This document shows positions 31,092 to 40,178 of a DNA stretch of 52,743 nucleotides, one piece after another (position 1 is the stretch's first letter; every line of letters begins with the position of its first letter). This stretch comes from an uncultured Candidatus Saccharibacteria bacterium. GTDB taxonomy: Bacteria > Patescibacteriota > Minisyncoccia > Phycocordibacterales > UBA9973. The notes under the pieces are model-generated. The model had not been told where the DNA came from, ran no database searches, and worked only from the letters and a program-made list of their open reading frames with translations. Location: contig CAYYNN010000001.1 in the NCBI GenBank assembly GCA_964473175.1, forward strand, positions 166,603 to 219,345, in the 5' to 3' direction. A program made the position numbers and the translations under genes.

Positions 31092-32254
31092 TGTATCGTT
31101 TACGACCCATATTTTTTGCCGCCTTCTTCTTCTCGGTACACCTTGCACTGCTGACTTATCTGAACTCCAGTATGTTAGAACAGTTTGGTACGAAAGCATT
31201 CATTAGTACCATATACACTGCCGCTGCGACGTTATCCCTACTCCTGATCATTGCTGCGCCGAGTATCATCAAACAGCTTGGGCTTGCCCGTACAGCAGTC
31301 ATTACACTGTTTTGTAGTGCAGCAATGCTTATACTTCTGAGCGCAAACGTGAGTAACAGCAGCGCTCTCATATTCTTCAGTATCTATTTCTCCTTCAACT
31401 CCTTGATCGGTTATCTCTTTGATCTCTTTGTCGAACACTATTCAATCGTTCAAACAACCGGCAAAACAAGAGGGTTTTATCTTTTTGTTCAAAACATTGG
31501 ATGGGTTGGTGCGCCAGTAATTGCCGGTATTATTATCACAACGTACGGGATAACAGCAATGTACACCATTGCGGGACTTCTCGTAATGATTGCACTGATC
31601 ATTATAGGGACAACTCAAAAAAGTTTTACTGATCGTCCATATGTACGTACAAGTATTAAGGCGGCATTTCAAATATTGAATATACGTACCACACTTCGCC
31701 GTGCAATCACGATCAACCTTTTGCTCCAGTTGTTTTATGCGTGGATGGTCGTATATTCACCTATATACTTGCACCATATTGGATTTAACTGGAAAGAAAT
31801 AGGGGCAATGCTTTCACTGATGCTGATACCTTTTGTTATATTTCAGTATCCGATGGGTCGTCTCGCAGACCGTATAGGTGAACCACGGTTGATGCGTATA
31901 GGCCTCTTGATTGCAAGCATTGCAACACTGGCATTTGGTATAGCGTCAGGACGTTCATTTATTATGTATGCTGCTATTCTTTTTACCACCAGAGTTGGGG
32001 CGAGTATCATAGAAGTTGCTGTTGATAGTTATTTCTTTAAGCAAGTCACTGATGCAGATACCTCTGTCGTCGGTCTCTATAGATCAGTGCTCCCGGTTGC
32101 GTATATTATCGGCCCTCTCGCAGGAGCCCTTGTACTCGTGTTTTTCTCATACCATATATTGTTCATTACATTGGGTATCGGGTTATTTATCGCAATGCTC
32201 TATGCAAAGCGCATCACACCTATACAATCAAGTACTTCTGACCTTTCTGTATAA
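31091..32254 (+). CDS. MFS transporter
   Basis: 387 aa with about 12 hydrophobic helices and the loop motif GRLADRIGEPR between TM helices. The ATG overlaps the rnj stop. Confidence 0.85.
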   Translation: MYRLRPIFFAAFFFSVHLALLTYLNSSMLEQFGTKAFISTIYTAAATLSLLLIIAAPSIIKQLGLARTAVITLFCSAAMLILLSANVSNSSALIFFSIYFSFNSLIGYLFDLFVEHYSIVQTTGKTRGFYLFVQNIGWVGAPVIAGIIITTYGITAMYTIAGLLVMIALIIIGTTQKSFTDRPYVRTSIKAAFQILNIRTTLRRAITINLLLQLFYAWMVVYSPIYLHHIGFNWKEIGAMLSLMLIPFVIFQYPMGRLADRIGEPRLMRIGLLIASIATLAFGIASGRSFIMYAAILFTTRVGASIIEVAVDSYFFKQVTDADTSVVGLYRSVLPVAYIIGPLAGALVLVFFSYHILFITLGIGLFIAMLYAKRITPIQSSTSDLSV

Positions 32255-33029
32255 TAAAATTTTCTTTTACTAAATCGATAAGCACTGAACGTACTTCACT
32301 ATCCTTACCTTTTGTTTTGGTAACTAAACTTTTTACCGTCATCGGAGAAATCAGTAGTGCGCGCATGAGTGCACCTCTCATCTGCCTTCGAGATCCCTTA
32401 AAGGTTGTTTGCTTTGTGTAGTGTTTGCTCGTTCGGTGTACTTTGTTCCCTGTTTGTTTCAAGAACGACCCGTAATCCATCAGTGCCCAATACCACTGTC
32501 GTGGATTTTGTATATCGAGTGTTTTTACAATACTTTTATAGACATCTCCATCAGATACATTCTCTGTATGTTTGAAAAAATGATGAATATACACAGTTCG
32601 AATATTTGTTTCGATAATCGGAAACGCTTGATTGAATGCGAATGCAGCAATAGCTCCTGCGGTATATGGACCGATGCCGGGTAGTTTTTTAAGTTCACCA
32701 AAATCCCTTGGTAACTTCCCGTTATATTTCGTGACAACAATCTGAGCCATTTGGTGTAAAAACTTAGCCCTTCTGTTGTATCCAAGACCTGTCCATATCT
32801 TCAACACATCTACCCATGACGCCTTTGCGAGCTTTTGGATAGTCGGAAATCGTTTCAAGAACGCAGAATACTTTGGTACCACTCTATCTACTTGAGTTTG
32901 CTGAAGCATTATCTCTGATACAGCAATAGCATACGCGTCTGTCGTTTGTCTCCATGGCAATGTATGGCGACCAGATTTTTGATAATGATTTTGTACCATT
33001 TTTACAAATAATTGCTCTTTGGCATTCAT
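32220..33029 (-). CDS. HhH-GPD DNA glycosylase, MutY-like, without Fe-S cluster cysteines
   Basis: 269 aa with LPWR, SEIMLQQTQV, GLGYNRRA and LPGIGPYTAGAI matching the MutY N-terminal domain. The protein contains no cysteine at all and has a short non-NUDIX C-terminus. Confidence 0.78.
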   Translation of the reverse strand: MNAKEQLFVKMVQNHYQKSGRHTLPWRQTTDAYAIAVSEIMLQQTQVDRVVPKYSAFLKRFPTIQKLAKASWVDVLKIWTGLGYNRRAKFLHQMAQIVVTKYNGKLPRDFGELKKLPGIGPYTAGAIAAFAFNQAFPIIETNIRTVYIHHFFKHTENVSDGDVYKSIVKTLDIQNPRQWYWALMDYGSFLKQTGNKVHRTSKHYTKQTTFKGSRRQMRGALMRALLISPMTVKSLVTKTKGKDSEVRSVLIDLVKENFIIQKGQKYLIV

Positions 33030-33046
33030 GTGAACATACTATCATA

Positions 33047-33070
33047 CAAAAAACCCTCATACCGAGGGCT
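33047..33070 (-). terminator. Putative terminator after the lmo0937-like gene
   Basis: Minus strand reads a CCCTC-GGTAT-GAGGG hairpin followed by TTTTTTGT. Confidence 0.45.
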
Positions 33071-33089
33071 TTGTGTATTCGTACATACT

Positions 33090-33242
33090 TTATTTAATAG
33101 GGTTTTGTCCTCGAATCAGGCGAATGAGAATCATAATAACTGCAATAACAAGAAGTACGTGGATGAAATTGCCGATCGCAAATACACCAACTACTCCGAG
33201 AAGCCATAGAATGATAAGAATAACTGCAATAGTGGTTAACAT
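33090..33242 (-). CDS. lmo0937-family small membrane protein
   Basis: My own translation gives 50 aa, below the track cutoff: MLTTIAVILIILWLLGVVGVFAIGNFIHVLLVIAVIMILIRLIRGQNPIK. It matches the widespread lmo0937-type pattern (..IILWLLG...G..IH.LLVIA....LI.LIRG). Confidence 0.75.
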   Translation of the reverse strand: MLTTIAVILIILWLLGVVGVFAIGNFIHVLLVIAVIMILIRLIRGQNPIK

Positions 33243-33307
33243 AGTATAACTCGATAAATTACTTAGTAATATAGTTAGTATAACTTTTTAGAAAAACAAT
33301 ACAACTC

Positions 33308-33718
33308 CTATTTACTCTTTTTTGAAGAAGCTTTCGCCGTTGTCTTTTTTACTACTTTTTTCACCGTTGCCACCTTTTTCTTTGCACTTTTGCGTGCACC
33401 GTGTGCGTTACTAGAGATACCCTTCCACTGCTTTTTGAGCATGTCTACCATCGTACCTATTTCAGGATAGCTATTGTATTTACTTGCTACAGAGTCAACG
33501 ATTGCATCGTACGTAGCCTGAGTCACTTCTTGTACTCCTTCTATTTTTTCAATCACCTCTGCTTTCATTTTAAGCATCCAGCCTTTTACTGTTTTGCGAT
33601 GTTTTTGCCCTTCTGGGCCAAAAAAGTAGTACGATGCTGCAGCCAATGCAGCAACACCCGCTCCGACAGCCACTACTTTTCCTGCCGAGATCCCCTTATC
33701 TTTTGTATCTTTTTTCAT
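33308..33718 (-). CDS. YtxH-like membrane-associated protein with Lys-rich tail
   Basis: 136 aa with an N-terminal Gly/Ala-rich helix (VAVGAGVAALAAASYYFFGPEGQKHRK), a helical region and a KK-rich C-terminus. Confidence 0.55.
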   Translation of the reverse strand: MKKDTKDKGISAGKVVAVGAGVAALAAASYYFFGPEGQKHRKTVKGWMLKMKAEVIEKIEGVQEVTQATYDAIVDSVASKYNSYPEIGTMVDMLKKQWKGISSNAHGARKSAKKKVATVKKVVKKTTAKASSKKSK

Positions 33719-33778
33719 ACGGTATTTTTATTACTGCTAATACATTAGTAAGTATACTCTTTTTATCACATTCGCAAG

Positions 33779-34024
33779 CTATTTAAGTTTACGTTTTTTA
33801 CCAAACACCATACGATACACGACGCTTTCTTGTATATCCTCAAAGAAGCTTTTTGCTTCAATACTAAGACTCTGCACATCGCTTTCCAGCTTCTGAGATA
33901 TCCGTCGAATAGATTTGAGGATACTGACAACGTACAGCGCGGCAACAATACCGATAGCAAACAGCATACTGAATCCTATTGAAGAAATAACAAAGAAAAT
34001 GTCAGCGTGTATTAATGTAGGCAT
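33779..34024 (-). CDS. hypothetical small membrane protein
   Basis: 81-aa ORF with one TM helix followed by an amphipathic helix. Confidence 0.45.
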   Translation of the reverse strand: MPTLIHADIFFVISSIGFSMLFAIGIVAALYVVSILKSIRRISQKLESDVQSLSIEAKSFFEDIQESVVYRMVFGKKRKLK

Positions 34025-34030
34025 GATGCT

Positions 34031-34330
34031 TTATCGTGATCGTATTTCGCGGAGCTGGTTTTTAGTAATTCCGTGTTTCTTGAGTATTTGTTTAATTGAG
34101 AGATGAGATTTTAAATCTTCTTGTAAGATATCTACATCAAGGTTTAGTTTATCTGCTAGTCGAGCAATTTTTTCTTCAGAATTCTTAGTCTTTCGTCCAC
34201 CTTGGTGATGTTTTGGTCCTTGAATATCAGTTGCATTGATTTCTGGAACAATTGACGTTGCCAAAGCGCCGTTTGTGTTAAACAAAAGTATATATGCGAG
34301 CATTCCACCCGTTGCTAATAGTTTTTTCAT
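34031..34330 (-). CDS. hypothetical secreted protein
   Basis: 99-aa ORF with a signal-like N-terminus and a charged helical C-terminus. Confidence 0.45.
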   Translation of the reverse strand: MKKLLATGGMLAYILLFNTNGALATSIVPEINATDIQGPKHHQGGRKTKNSEEKIARLADKLNLDVDILQEDLKSHLSIKQILKKHGITKNQLREIRSR

Positions 34331-34430
34331 AGGTAATTCAAAATTATGCTTATATGTATAGCATCATCCTTTGCGGTCCATCACTGTGCTACATACCTAC
34401 TATACCATGCAGCTGAAGTACTCACCCCAA

Positions 34431-34742
34431 TTAGGCATCTGAGTCCTCTAAAGTCAATACGTTCGCAGCAATGAGGCCCAATTTTTCAGTTCGACTTAAG
34501 CGTTTTATTTCTGCTTCACGAGCACGACTTTTGGCATAGGTAGAGAACTCCTCACAGTATTGCAAAGTAACCGGCCGTCTAATCTTGGTATAGTGTGCGC
34601 CACCTTTTGCATGGTTATGCTGATGTAGTCTCCTAATAACATCACTGGTCGAACCCACGTACAGCGTAGTATCATTACATCTTAAAATATATACGTAATA
34701 TATTTTATCGGGCACCTCTATTGTCCGTGTAGGTTTTTTCAT
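34431..34742 (-). CDS. GIY-YIG nuclease family protein (UPF0213-like)
   Basis: 103 aa with YYVYILRC...LYVGSTSDVIRRLHQHN...E..IK. Confidence 0.85.
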   Translation of the reverse strand: MKKPTRTIEVPDKIYYVYILRCNDTTLYVGSTSDVIRRLHQHNHAKGGAHYTKIRRPVTLQYCEEFSTYAKSRAREAEIKRLSRTEKLGLIAANVLTLEDSDA

Positions 34743-34748
34743 TAATAC

Positions 34749-35957
34749 TCATGCCGCCAAAAAACCTTTGTATCCATAGGTCGACGATACTACATCGGCG
34801 ATAGTGCTCCCAGGAGGATATATTTTTAATCCGACATCATTGTTCCTCCATTCATTTTGAGTTGCGGCAATAACCCTCCACGATGCCAAGACTTCTTCAT
34901 TAGTCACGAAGATAGAAGTATCTCCTATTATCGCGGCGTAAAGCACTCGTTCATATGCACTTGTTGGGGATGCGTGTCGATCAGTAAATACTGCATCGGG
35001 TATATTATTTCTGTATTTGATTCGTATTTCAGTGTGTTTTACGTCTAATGATTTGCCTGTGACTATCGTAATAGGAACATTATTAAATGGTGTCGCACTC
35101 GACACTAGTTTCACCATAACGAATGTTTCGATACTTGAAAGCGGATGTGCTACTTCTTTTGTATATCCTTCATATTGCCCTCGCACAGCAGCAACGATTT
35201 TTAGGTGTGAGAGTGCATCATACCTTCGGATAGGAAATGAATGCCCCGATATATCCATCAGTGTTATGGCAACAAACTGCAGCAAATGACTTTGTACAAG
35301 ATCAAGCAATGCTCCTGTTTCTTCATAGAACTTCACGCGCCCTTCAATACCGATACGCTCACTCGCCGTAATTATGACTTCTTGTATTTCTGAAGTTTCA
35401 ATACGAGAACCAAGCATTTCTTGCACCATATTTTTTGCGAGATAATGATCAATCCGTAATACCTGATCGGGACTAACAGAGGCGTTAATACGTTTGATCA
35501 ATGCTTCTGCGCTCGCGAGATCCGTGCCAAATGGTTTTTCCAAGAGGATCCTGGTGTCTGATCTCGATGTAAGCCCAGAATGAGCAAGATGTTCAATCAT
35601 AGCACTCGATACCGTGGGTGGTACTGATAGATACAACAGTCTCTGTGCTGGCTGCCCAAATATAGCTTCAGTTGACTCAAGCATTGTACGCAATCGTCTA
35701 TATTCATTCTCCGAACCAACATCCATAGAAAAAATATGTGTGTCTTCTATAATAACCTCAAAATCAGGAATGTCATTAAATAACACATTTTTATCTTGAC
35801 CTGCTTGTCTCGTAATACCCACAACTGAAAAATGCCTTGGGAGCATGCCCGATTTTTTGAGTGCAATGATTGATGGTATCAGTTTGCGTTTTGCAAGATC
35901 TCCAGTGATACCCACGATAATAAGTATTACTGGTTTTTGTAAAAGGTTTTTATTCAT
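34749..35957 (-). CDS. zwf: glucose-6-phosphate dehydrogenase-like protein (short)
   Basis: 402 aa with the NADP-binding GITGDLAKRKLIPS and active-site RIDHYLAKNMVQE motifs. Confidence 0.8.
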   Translation of the reverse strand: MNKNLLQKPVILIIVGITGDLAKRKLIPSIIALKKSGMLPRHFSVVGITRQAGQDKNVLFNDIPDFEVIIEDTHIFSMDVGSENEYRRLRTMLESTEAIFGQPAQRLLYLSVPPTVSSAMIEHLAHSGLTSRSDTRILLEKPFGTDLASAEALIKRINASVSPDQVLRIDHYLAKNMVQEMLGSRIETSEIQEVIITASERIGIEGRVKFYEETGALLDLVQSHLLQFVAITLMDISGHSFPIRRYDALSHLKIVAAVRGQYEGYTKEVAHPLSSIETFVMVKLVSSATPFNNVPITIVTGKSLDVKHTEIRIKYRNNIPDAVFTDRHASPTSAYERVLYAAIIGDTSIFVTNEEVLASWRVIAATQNEWRNNDVGLKIYPPGSTIADVVSSTYGYKGFLAA

Positions 35958-36111
35958 TGATTTTTTAAACCGTAGTTTGCACTATGAAAAATACCTGCAG
36001 TTGATTCAGCATATACACCTATTTTAGCAGAAAAAATGTATTCTATTACCTCTAGTATATCTACCCATTTCATTGTATACTCAACATATCTTATTAATAT
36101 AATTACACATT

Positions 36112-36240
36112 ATGGCAAAACGAAGCACCTCACTAGGACCAAAAGTAAAATCAACTCGTTCACACAAAACCGCAAAACGACTCGCTGCAAAGAAAGTCAT
36201 GTTGAGCAAGAAAAGTACTGGCAAAAAAAGAGCAAAATAA
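36112..36240 (+). CDS. candidate very basic 42-aa protein
   Basis: My own translation is MAKRSTSLGPKVKSTRSHKTAKRLAAKKVMLSKKSTGKKRAK. TATAAT at 36098-36103 lies 8 nt before the ATG, which suggests a possibly leaderless mRNA. No homology was recognised. Confidence 0.3.
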   Translation: MAKRSTSLGPKVKSTRSHKTAKRLAAKKVMLSKKSTGKKRAK

Positions 36241-36375
36241 CACCGCTTTTGCTTTTTGAATAAACGGTATTTTTTCATACAAATATACACTTTCGTTTTA
36301 CGTATGAATTTATACGGTTGTAATGTAGCGATACTCTTAATACAATGGTCTGCCACCCCCTCTCTCTCTCTTCCT

Positions 36376-37419
36376 TCACAAAACAGGCTCACGAACATCT
36401 TTGGTGTACCATGCTCGTTCGACAGTATACTCATCGTACCCATGCACAAACATCGTCAGCGCAGTCCCAATAAGGATAATGTGCGGCCAAACAGCTTCTC
36501 CGAAAAAGATGAGGGATGAAACCAAGAATCCCAAGAAGAGTAGCGAAGTGAAGCGAATTTCAAATCCTATCAAATAAAACACTGCGATCATTATTTCAAC
36601 CAGAAATGCGCCGAGTACAATGACCATAGGGTCTAGGTGGAAGAAATAGTTTGTTAACTGATACGTCGTCACCGTGTTGAGAGCCAATGCACCATGAATA
36701 AGCTTGGCGTACAATGCAGCGTATATTAATGAAACACTAAACGCGATCCGCAATAGGAAGTGCTTTCGTTTTTGTACCGCAGCAACAAGAAATCCTGAAT
36801 TCCATGGATGCTTCAGTGTGAGAAGTGCATATCCTCCCCCAAAAAGGAGCACCACAATCGCTTCTCCAAAATACGTCAGATAGGAAAGCATATATATTCC
36901 CTGATTAAAAAATGCAGCACAGTACACTGCAACGGCGATCAGTGCCCCACCCCGAGGATATACTCCACACAGAAGTGACGCACCAGCGATATAGATTCCT
37001 ATAGTTATACCCTGCGCATAGATTCCAAAAAGCGTCTGGAGAGGAAGTTCTGTCCCAAAAAGCGCGCCGTAGTATGCAGATGCGATCAGCGCTACACCAA
37101 GCGTTATTTGAGCGACATGACCTGCATAGGGTTTTATTTTAAATAAAAAAGGATCTATCCATTTCTCGACACGCCGAGAGAGCGATATACCCAATATACA
37201 CACAAGTGCCAATATAACGAGAAATAGCCCTACCAGGAAAAGGTGTTCATGTGTCACGACAACATTGAACAAGTTTAAGGGAGGGAGTGCGACGTCTTTT
37301 GTTATAGATGCAGCATCGAGGACATAGACCTCATGGGCATACGTAAAAGAACCAATACTCATGAGTCCGAGAAATGCGATAATAGTACCTAGCCAGTGAA
37401 AAACCGTACGTACTTGCAT
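36376..37419 (-). CDS. hypothetical polytopic membrane protein
   Basis: 347 aa with about 9-10 hydrophobic helices. No family recognised. Confidence 0.6.
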   Translation of the reverse strand: MQVRTVFHWLGTIIAFLGLMSIGSFTYAHEVYVLDAASITKDVALPPLNLFNVVVTHEHLFLVGLFLVILALVCILGISLSRRVEKWIDPFLFKIKPYAGHVAQITLGVALIASAYYGALFGTELPLQTLFGIYAQGITIGIYIAGASLLCGVYPRGGALIAVAVYCAAFFNQGIYMLSYLTYFGEAIVVLLFGGGYALLTLKHPWNSGFLVAAVQKRKHFLLRIAFSVSLIYAALYAKLIHGALALNTVTTYQLTNYFFHLDPMVIVLGAFLVEIMIAVFYLIGFEIRFTSLLFLGFLVSSLIFFGEAVWPHIILIGTALTMFVHGYDEYTVERAWYTKDVREPVL

Positions 37420-37479
37420 ATGTTCTAGAATTATATCATTTTATCCATCAATACGAATTCTCTTCCTCTGGTAGTACGT

Positions 37480-37540
37480 GGTTTTTTATTTTCCAATTTA
37501 CTTGATGGCCGTTTGGACCAATGTTGGAGCTTTTATAGTT
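37480..37540 (+). repeat. Intergenic repeat copy A (~61 nt)
   Basis: GGTTTTTTATTTTCCAATTTACTTGATGGCCGTTTGGACCAATGTTGGAGCTTTTATAGTT. By hand alignment 51 of 61 positions are identical to copy B without gaps. Confidence 0.8.
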
Positions 37541-37684
37541 AGGTAATTACCTCCATTTTACTCGCTTGTATAACCTTATGAACTCTTGCGATCGTTTACT
37601 TTGAAGCATTTCATTACTCATAAATGCAAGCATAGATTTATCCTTATTTGCATTATTTTAGATATTGTATATACTACACTAAGT

Positions 37685-38368
37685 ATGAAAATAGATACAC
37701 AAAAACTTGAATTTGCAGTACTCGCAACCGATGTTATTCTCTTCACAGTGCGTGAAAATAAACTCCTCGTACGACTGGTCAAAGTTAATCGCCCACCTCA
37801 TTTCCCTAGTATTCCAGGCCTTCCTGGAGGTCTTATATCCCCTACCGAAACTGCTGATGAGGCGGTAGATCGAGTTATTAAGGAAAAGGCAGATGTTGAT
37901 GCTGCAAAGGTTTATTTTGAGCAGCTCTATACCTTTAGTGGTGTAAATCGTGATCCTCGAGGTCGTGTAGTTTCAGTTACCTATATAGCACTGGTTCCGT
38001 GGGAGAACCTTTCTTTGGATGAACAGAAGGATTCTCCTGAACAGTGGTGGCAGGTCGTCTCCAATACTCCCACTTTAGCGTATGACCATAATCAAGTACT
38101 TGCTGTTGCAGTAAAGCGACTTCGCTTCCAGATAACTAATACTACTATCTCATCTAGATTTGTTCCAAAGGAATTTACACTTACTCGCCTCGAGAAAATT
38201 TGTGAGATTGTAGTTGGTAAAGAGATAGATAAACGTAATTTTAGAAAAAAGATTCTCAAGCTAAAAATTGTAAAGAAAAGCAATCGTCAATTGCGCGGCG
38301 TTAAACACCGGCCAGCAAATCTGTACTCGTTTGCCTCATTAAAAGTTAAAGAAATATCAGTTTTATAA
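37685..38368 (+). CDS. nrtR: Nudix-related transcriptional regulator NrtR-like protein
   Basis: Starts at the ATG at 37685 (MKIDTQK...). It has a Nudix-fold N-terminal domain (LPGGL...ETADEAVDRVIKEK) and a C-terminal winged-helix-like domain, and lies directly upstream of pnuC-nadR. Confidence 0.72.
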   Translation: MKIDTQKLEFAVLATDVILFTVRENKLLVRLVKVNRPPHFPSIPGLPGGLISPTETADEAVDRVIKEKADVDAAKVYFEQLYTFSGVNRDPRGRVVSVTYIALVPWENLSLDEQKDSPEQWWQVVSNTPTLAYDHNQVLAVAVKRLRFQITNTTISSRFVPKEFTLTRLEKICEIVVGKEIDKRNFRKKILKLKIVKKSNRQLRGVKHRPANLYSFASLKVKEISVL

Positions 38369-38374
38369 TCCTTT

Positions 38375-39025
38375 ATGCATACACTATTAGACGTAAACAA
38401 CACTCTCTTCACCGTCATCGGATACCCGATGAGCTATATTGAGTTTTTTGGGACGATTTTTAACATTCTATGCGTGTGGTTCGTCGCAAAAAACAAAATC
38501 ATTAACTGGCCCATAGGTATTCTGGGAACATTGCTGTTTGGCTTTCTCTTCTTTCAGATTCATCTTTATTCTGATTTCTTTGAGCAAATTTACTTCCTTA
38601 TCACAGGCTTCTGGGGATGGTGGGTATGGACAAATGGTAGGAAAACAGATGCCGGCGAAAAGCCAATCAAAAAGCTTTCTGCCGCTAGTCGAGCCGCATG
38701 GCTAGGAATAATCGTAATTGGTACTGCGCTACTAGGATACTTTACTGCAAATATCCATACGTACTTCCCGCAAGTTTTTACTGAAGCTGCTTCATTTCCC
38801 TATCTCGACGCATTCACTACGGTACTCAGTTTTGTAGCAACTATTTTCTTGATTCGCAAAGAACTTGAAGCATGGTATTTATGGATACTGGTTGATATTA
38901 TCGGGATTGGACTGTATTGGGCAAAAGATGTTCGCCTCATTTCTATCCTATATGTTATTTTCCTTATCCTCGCAACGAAAGGGCTTATTACCTGGATAAG
39001 ACTATATAAATCTAAACACAATTAA
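38375..39025 (+). CDS. pnuC: nicotinamide riboside transporter PnuC
   Basis: 216 aa and PnuC-like throughout (YIEFFGTIFNILCVWFVAKNKIINWPIGI..., WWVW motif region, 7 TM helices). Confidence 0.9.
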   Translation: MHTLLDVNNTLFTVIGYPMSYIEFFGTIFNILCVWFVAKNKIINWPIGILGTLLFGFLFFQIHLYSDFFEQIYFLITGFWGWWVWTNGRKTDAGEKPIKKLSAASRAAWLGIIVIGTALLGYFTANIHTYFPQVFTEAASFPYLDAFTTVLSFVATIFLIRKELEAWYLWILVDIIGIGLYWAKDVRLISILYVIFLILATKGLITWIRLYKSKHN

Positions 39026-39026
39026 T

Positions 39027-39986
39027 ATGATAAAAGGATTCATTGTTGGAAAATTTTACCCCCTTCACTTAGGTCACATGTATCTGATTGATGTGGCACG
39101 AGCACATTGTGACCATCTTACAGTGTGGGTGTGCGAAAAAGCTGACCAATCAGTACTTGGTACTATTAGAGCTAGTTGGATTAAAAGACTTTATCCTGAT
39201 ATCGAAGTTCGTCTTGTACCCGATACTCTAGGAGATGAGGATACTGAAGGATGGGCAAAATATACGCTCCGTGTGTTAGGTGAAGCTCCCGATATTGTAT
39301 TTAGTTCAGAAGACTATGGTGAGTCATACGCAAGGCTCATGGGTTCTAAGCATATACTAGTGGATAAACGTCGAGTTAATATTCCGATATCTGGAACAAA
39401 GGTTCGAAATGATACATTGGGAAATTGGATATATCTTGCATCACCTGTCCGTGCGTACTATACAAAACGAGTAGTAATACTTGGTGCAGAATCTACCGGA
39501 ACTACGACCCTCACGAAGGAACTTGCTGAACACTACCAGACGACATGGGTACCTGAATATGGGCGTGAATATACGAGTAAGTGGGTAGGCCCAGATAAAC
39601 CCTGGACTACTGATGAGTTTATTCATATTGCCTCTGAACAAAGTCGTCGTGAAGATGAAGCTGCACGAAGTGCGCATGGAGTTCTGATGTGTGATACAGA
39701 TGCATTCGCTACTAGTGTGTGGCATAGACGTTATATCGGTACACGATCTCCAGAAGTTGAGAAAATCGCTCTTAAGAGACACTATGATTTATACATTATA
39801 ACGGGAGATGAAATTCCTTTCGTACAAGATGGTACTCGTGACGGAGAGCATATTAGGCATGAAATGCATCAATGGTTTATTAATGATCTAGAAAAAAGTA
39901 ATCGAAAGTACATCGTTGTTAGGGGAAACAAAGAGGAGCGTTTGAGAGCGGCCATATCGGAGATAGATGCTATCCTTGGATCGTAA
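39027..39986 (+). CDS. nadR: NadR-type NMN adenylyltransferase / ribosylnicotinamide kinase (no HTH domain)
   Basis: 319 aa with an N-terminal nucleotidyltransferase motif (GKFYPLHLGH) and a Walker A in the kinase domain (LGAESTGTTTL). Confidence 0.85.
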   Translation: MIKGFIVGKFYPLHLGHMYLIDVARAHCDHLTVWVCEKADQSVLGTIRASWIKRLYPDIEVRLVPDTLGDEDTEGWAKYTLRVLGEAPDIVFSSEDYGESYARLMGSKHILVDKRRVNIPISGTKVRNDTLGNWIYLASPVRAYYTKRVVILGAESTGTTTLTKELAEHYQTTWVPEYGREYTSKWVGPDKPWTTDEFIHIASEQSRREDEAARSAHGVLMCDTDAFATSVWHRRYIGTRSPEVEKIALKRHYDLYIITGDEIPFVQDGTRDGEHIRHEMHQWFINDLEKSNRKYIVVRGNKEERLRAAISEIDAILGS

Positions 39987-40032
39987 AATACGAAATACTG
40001 CGTTAATTCTATACTGAAGAGTACAAGCAAAG

Positions 40033-40059
40033 TAATATTTAAAACATCCATCTGGGTGT
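40033..40059 (+). terminator. Intrinsic terminator of nadR
   Basis: AACATCC-ATCT-GGGTGTT (one G-U pair) followed by TTTTTATTTT. The tail forms the start of repeat copy B. Confidence 0.6.
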
Positions 40060-40107
40060 TTTTTATTTTCCAAATTATTGTCTGGCCGTTTGGGTCAGTG
40101 TTGGAGC
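40047..40107 (+). repeat. Intergenic repeat copy B (~61 nt)
   Basis: TGTTTTTTATTTTCCAAATTATTGTCTGGCCGTTTGGGTCAGTGTTGGAGCTATTATAGTT. Confidence 0.8.
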
Positions 40108-40133
40108 TATTATAGTTGACAAAATCATATAAA
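40106..40133 (+). promoter_or_regulatory. Consensus sigma70-type promoter for the 90-aa membrane protein gene
   Basis: TTGACA (40106-40111), a 16-nt spacer, then TATAAT (40128-40133). Confidence 0.6.
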
Positions 40134-40178
40134 AAAGTATAATCTACAAAATCATTTTTCACCAAAAAACTCTGTACT

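Noticed and set aside
36360-36371. A (CT)6 dinucleotide tract could be a possible phase-variation switch.
   Set aside because: It lies just 3' of the stop of the 36376-37419 membrane-protein gene. It is not within a coding region or between promoter hexamers, so slippage would have no obvious on/off effect.
37667-37674. The GTATATAC palindrome just upstream of the nrtR start is a possible candidate NrtR operator.
   Set aside because: Only 8 bp are symmetric, the flanks do not extend the dyad when aligned around the centre, and no second copy was seen in the cluster.
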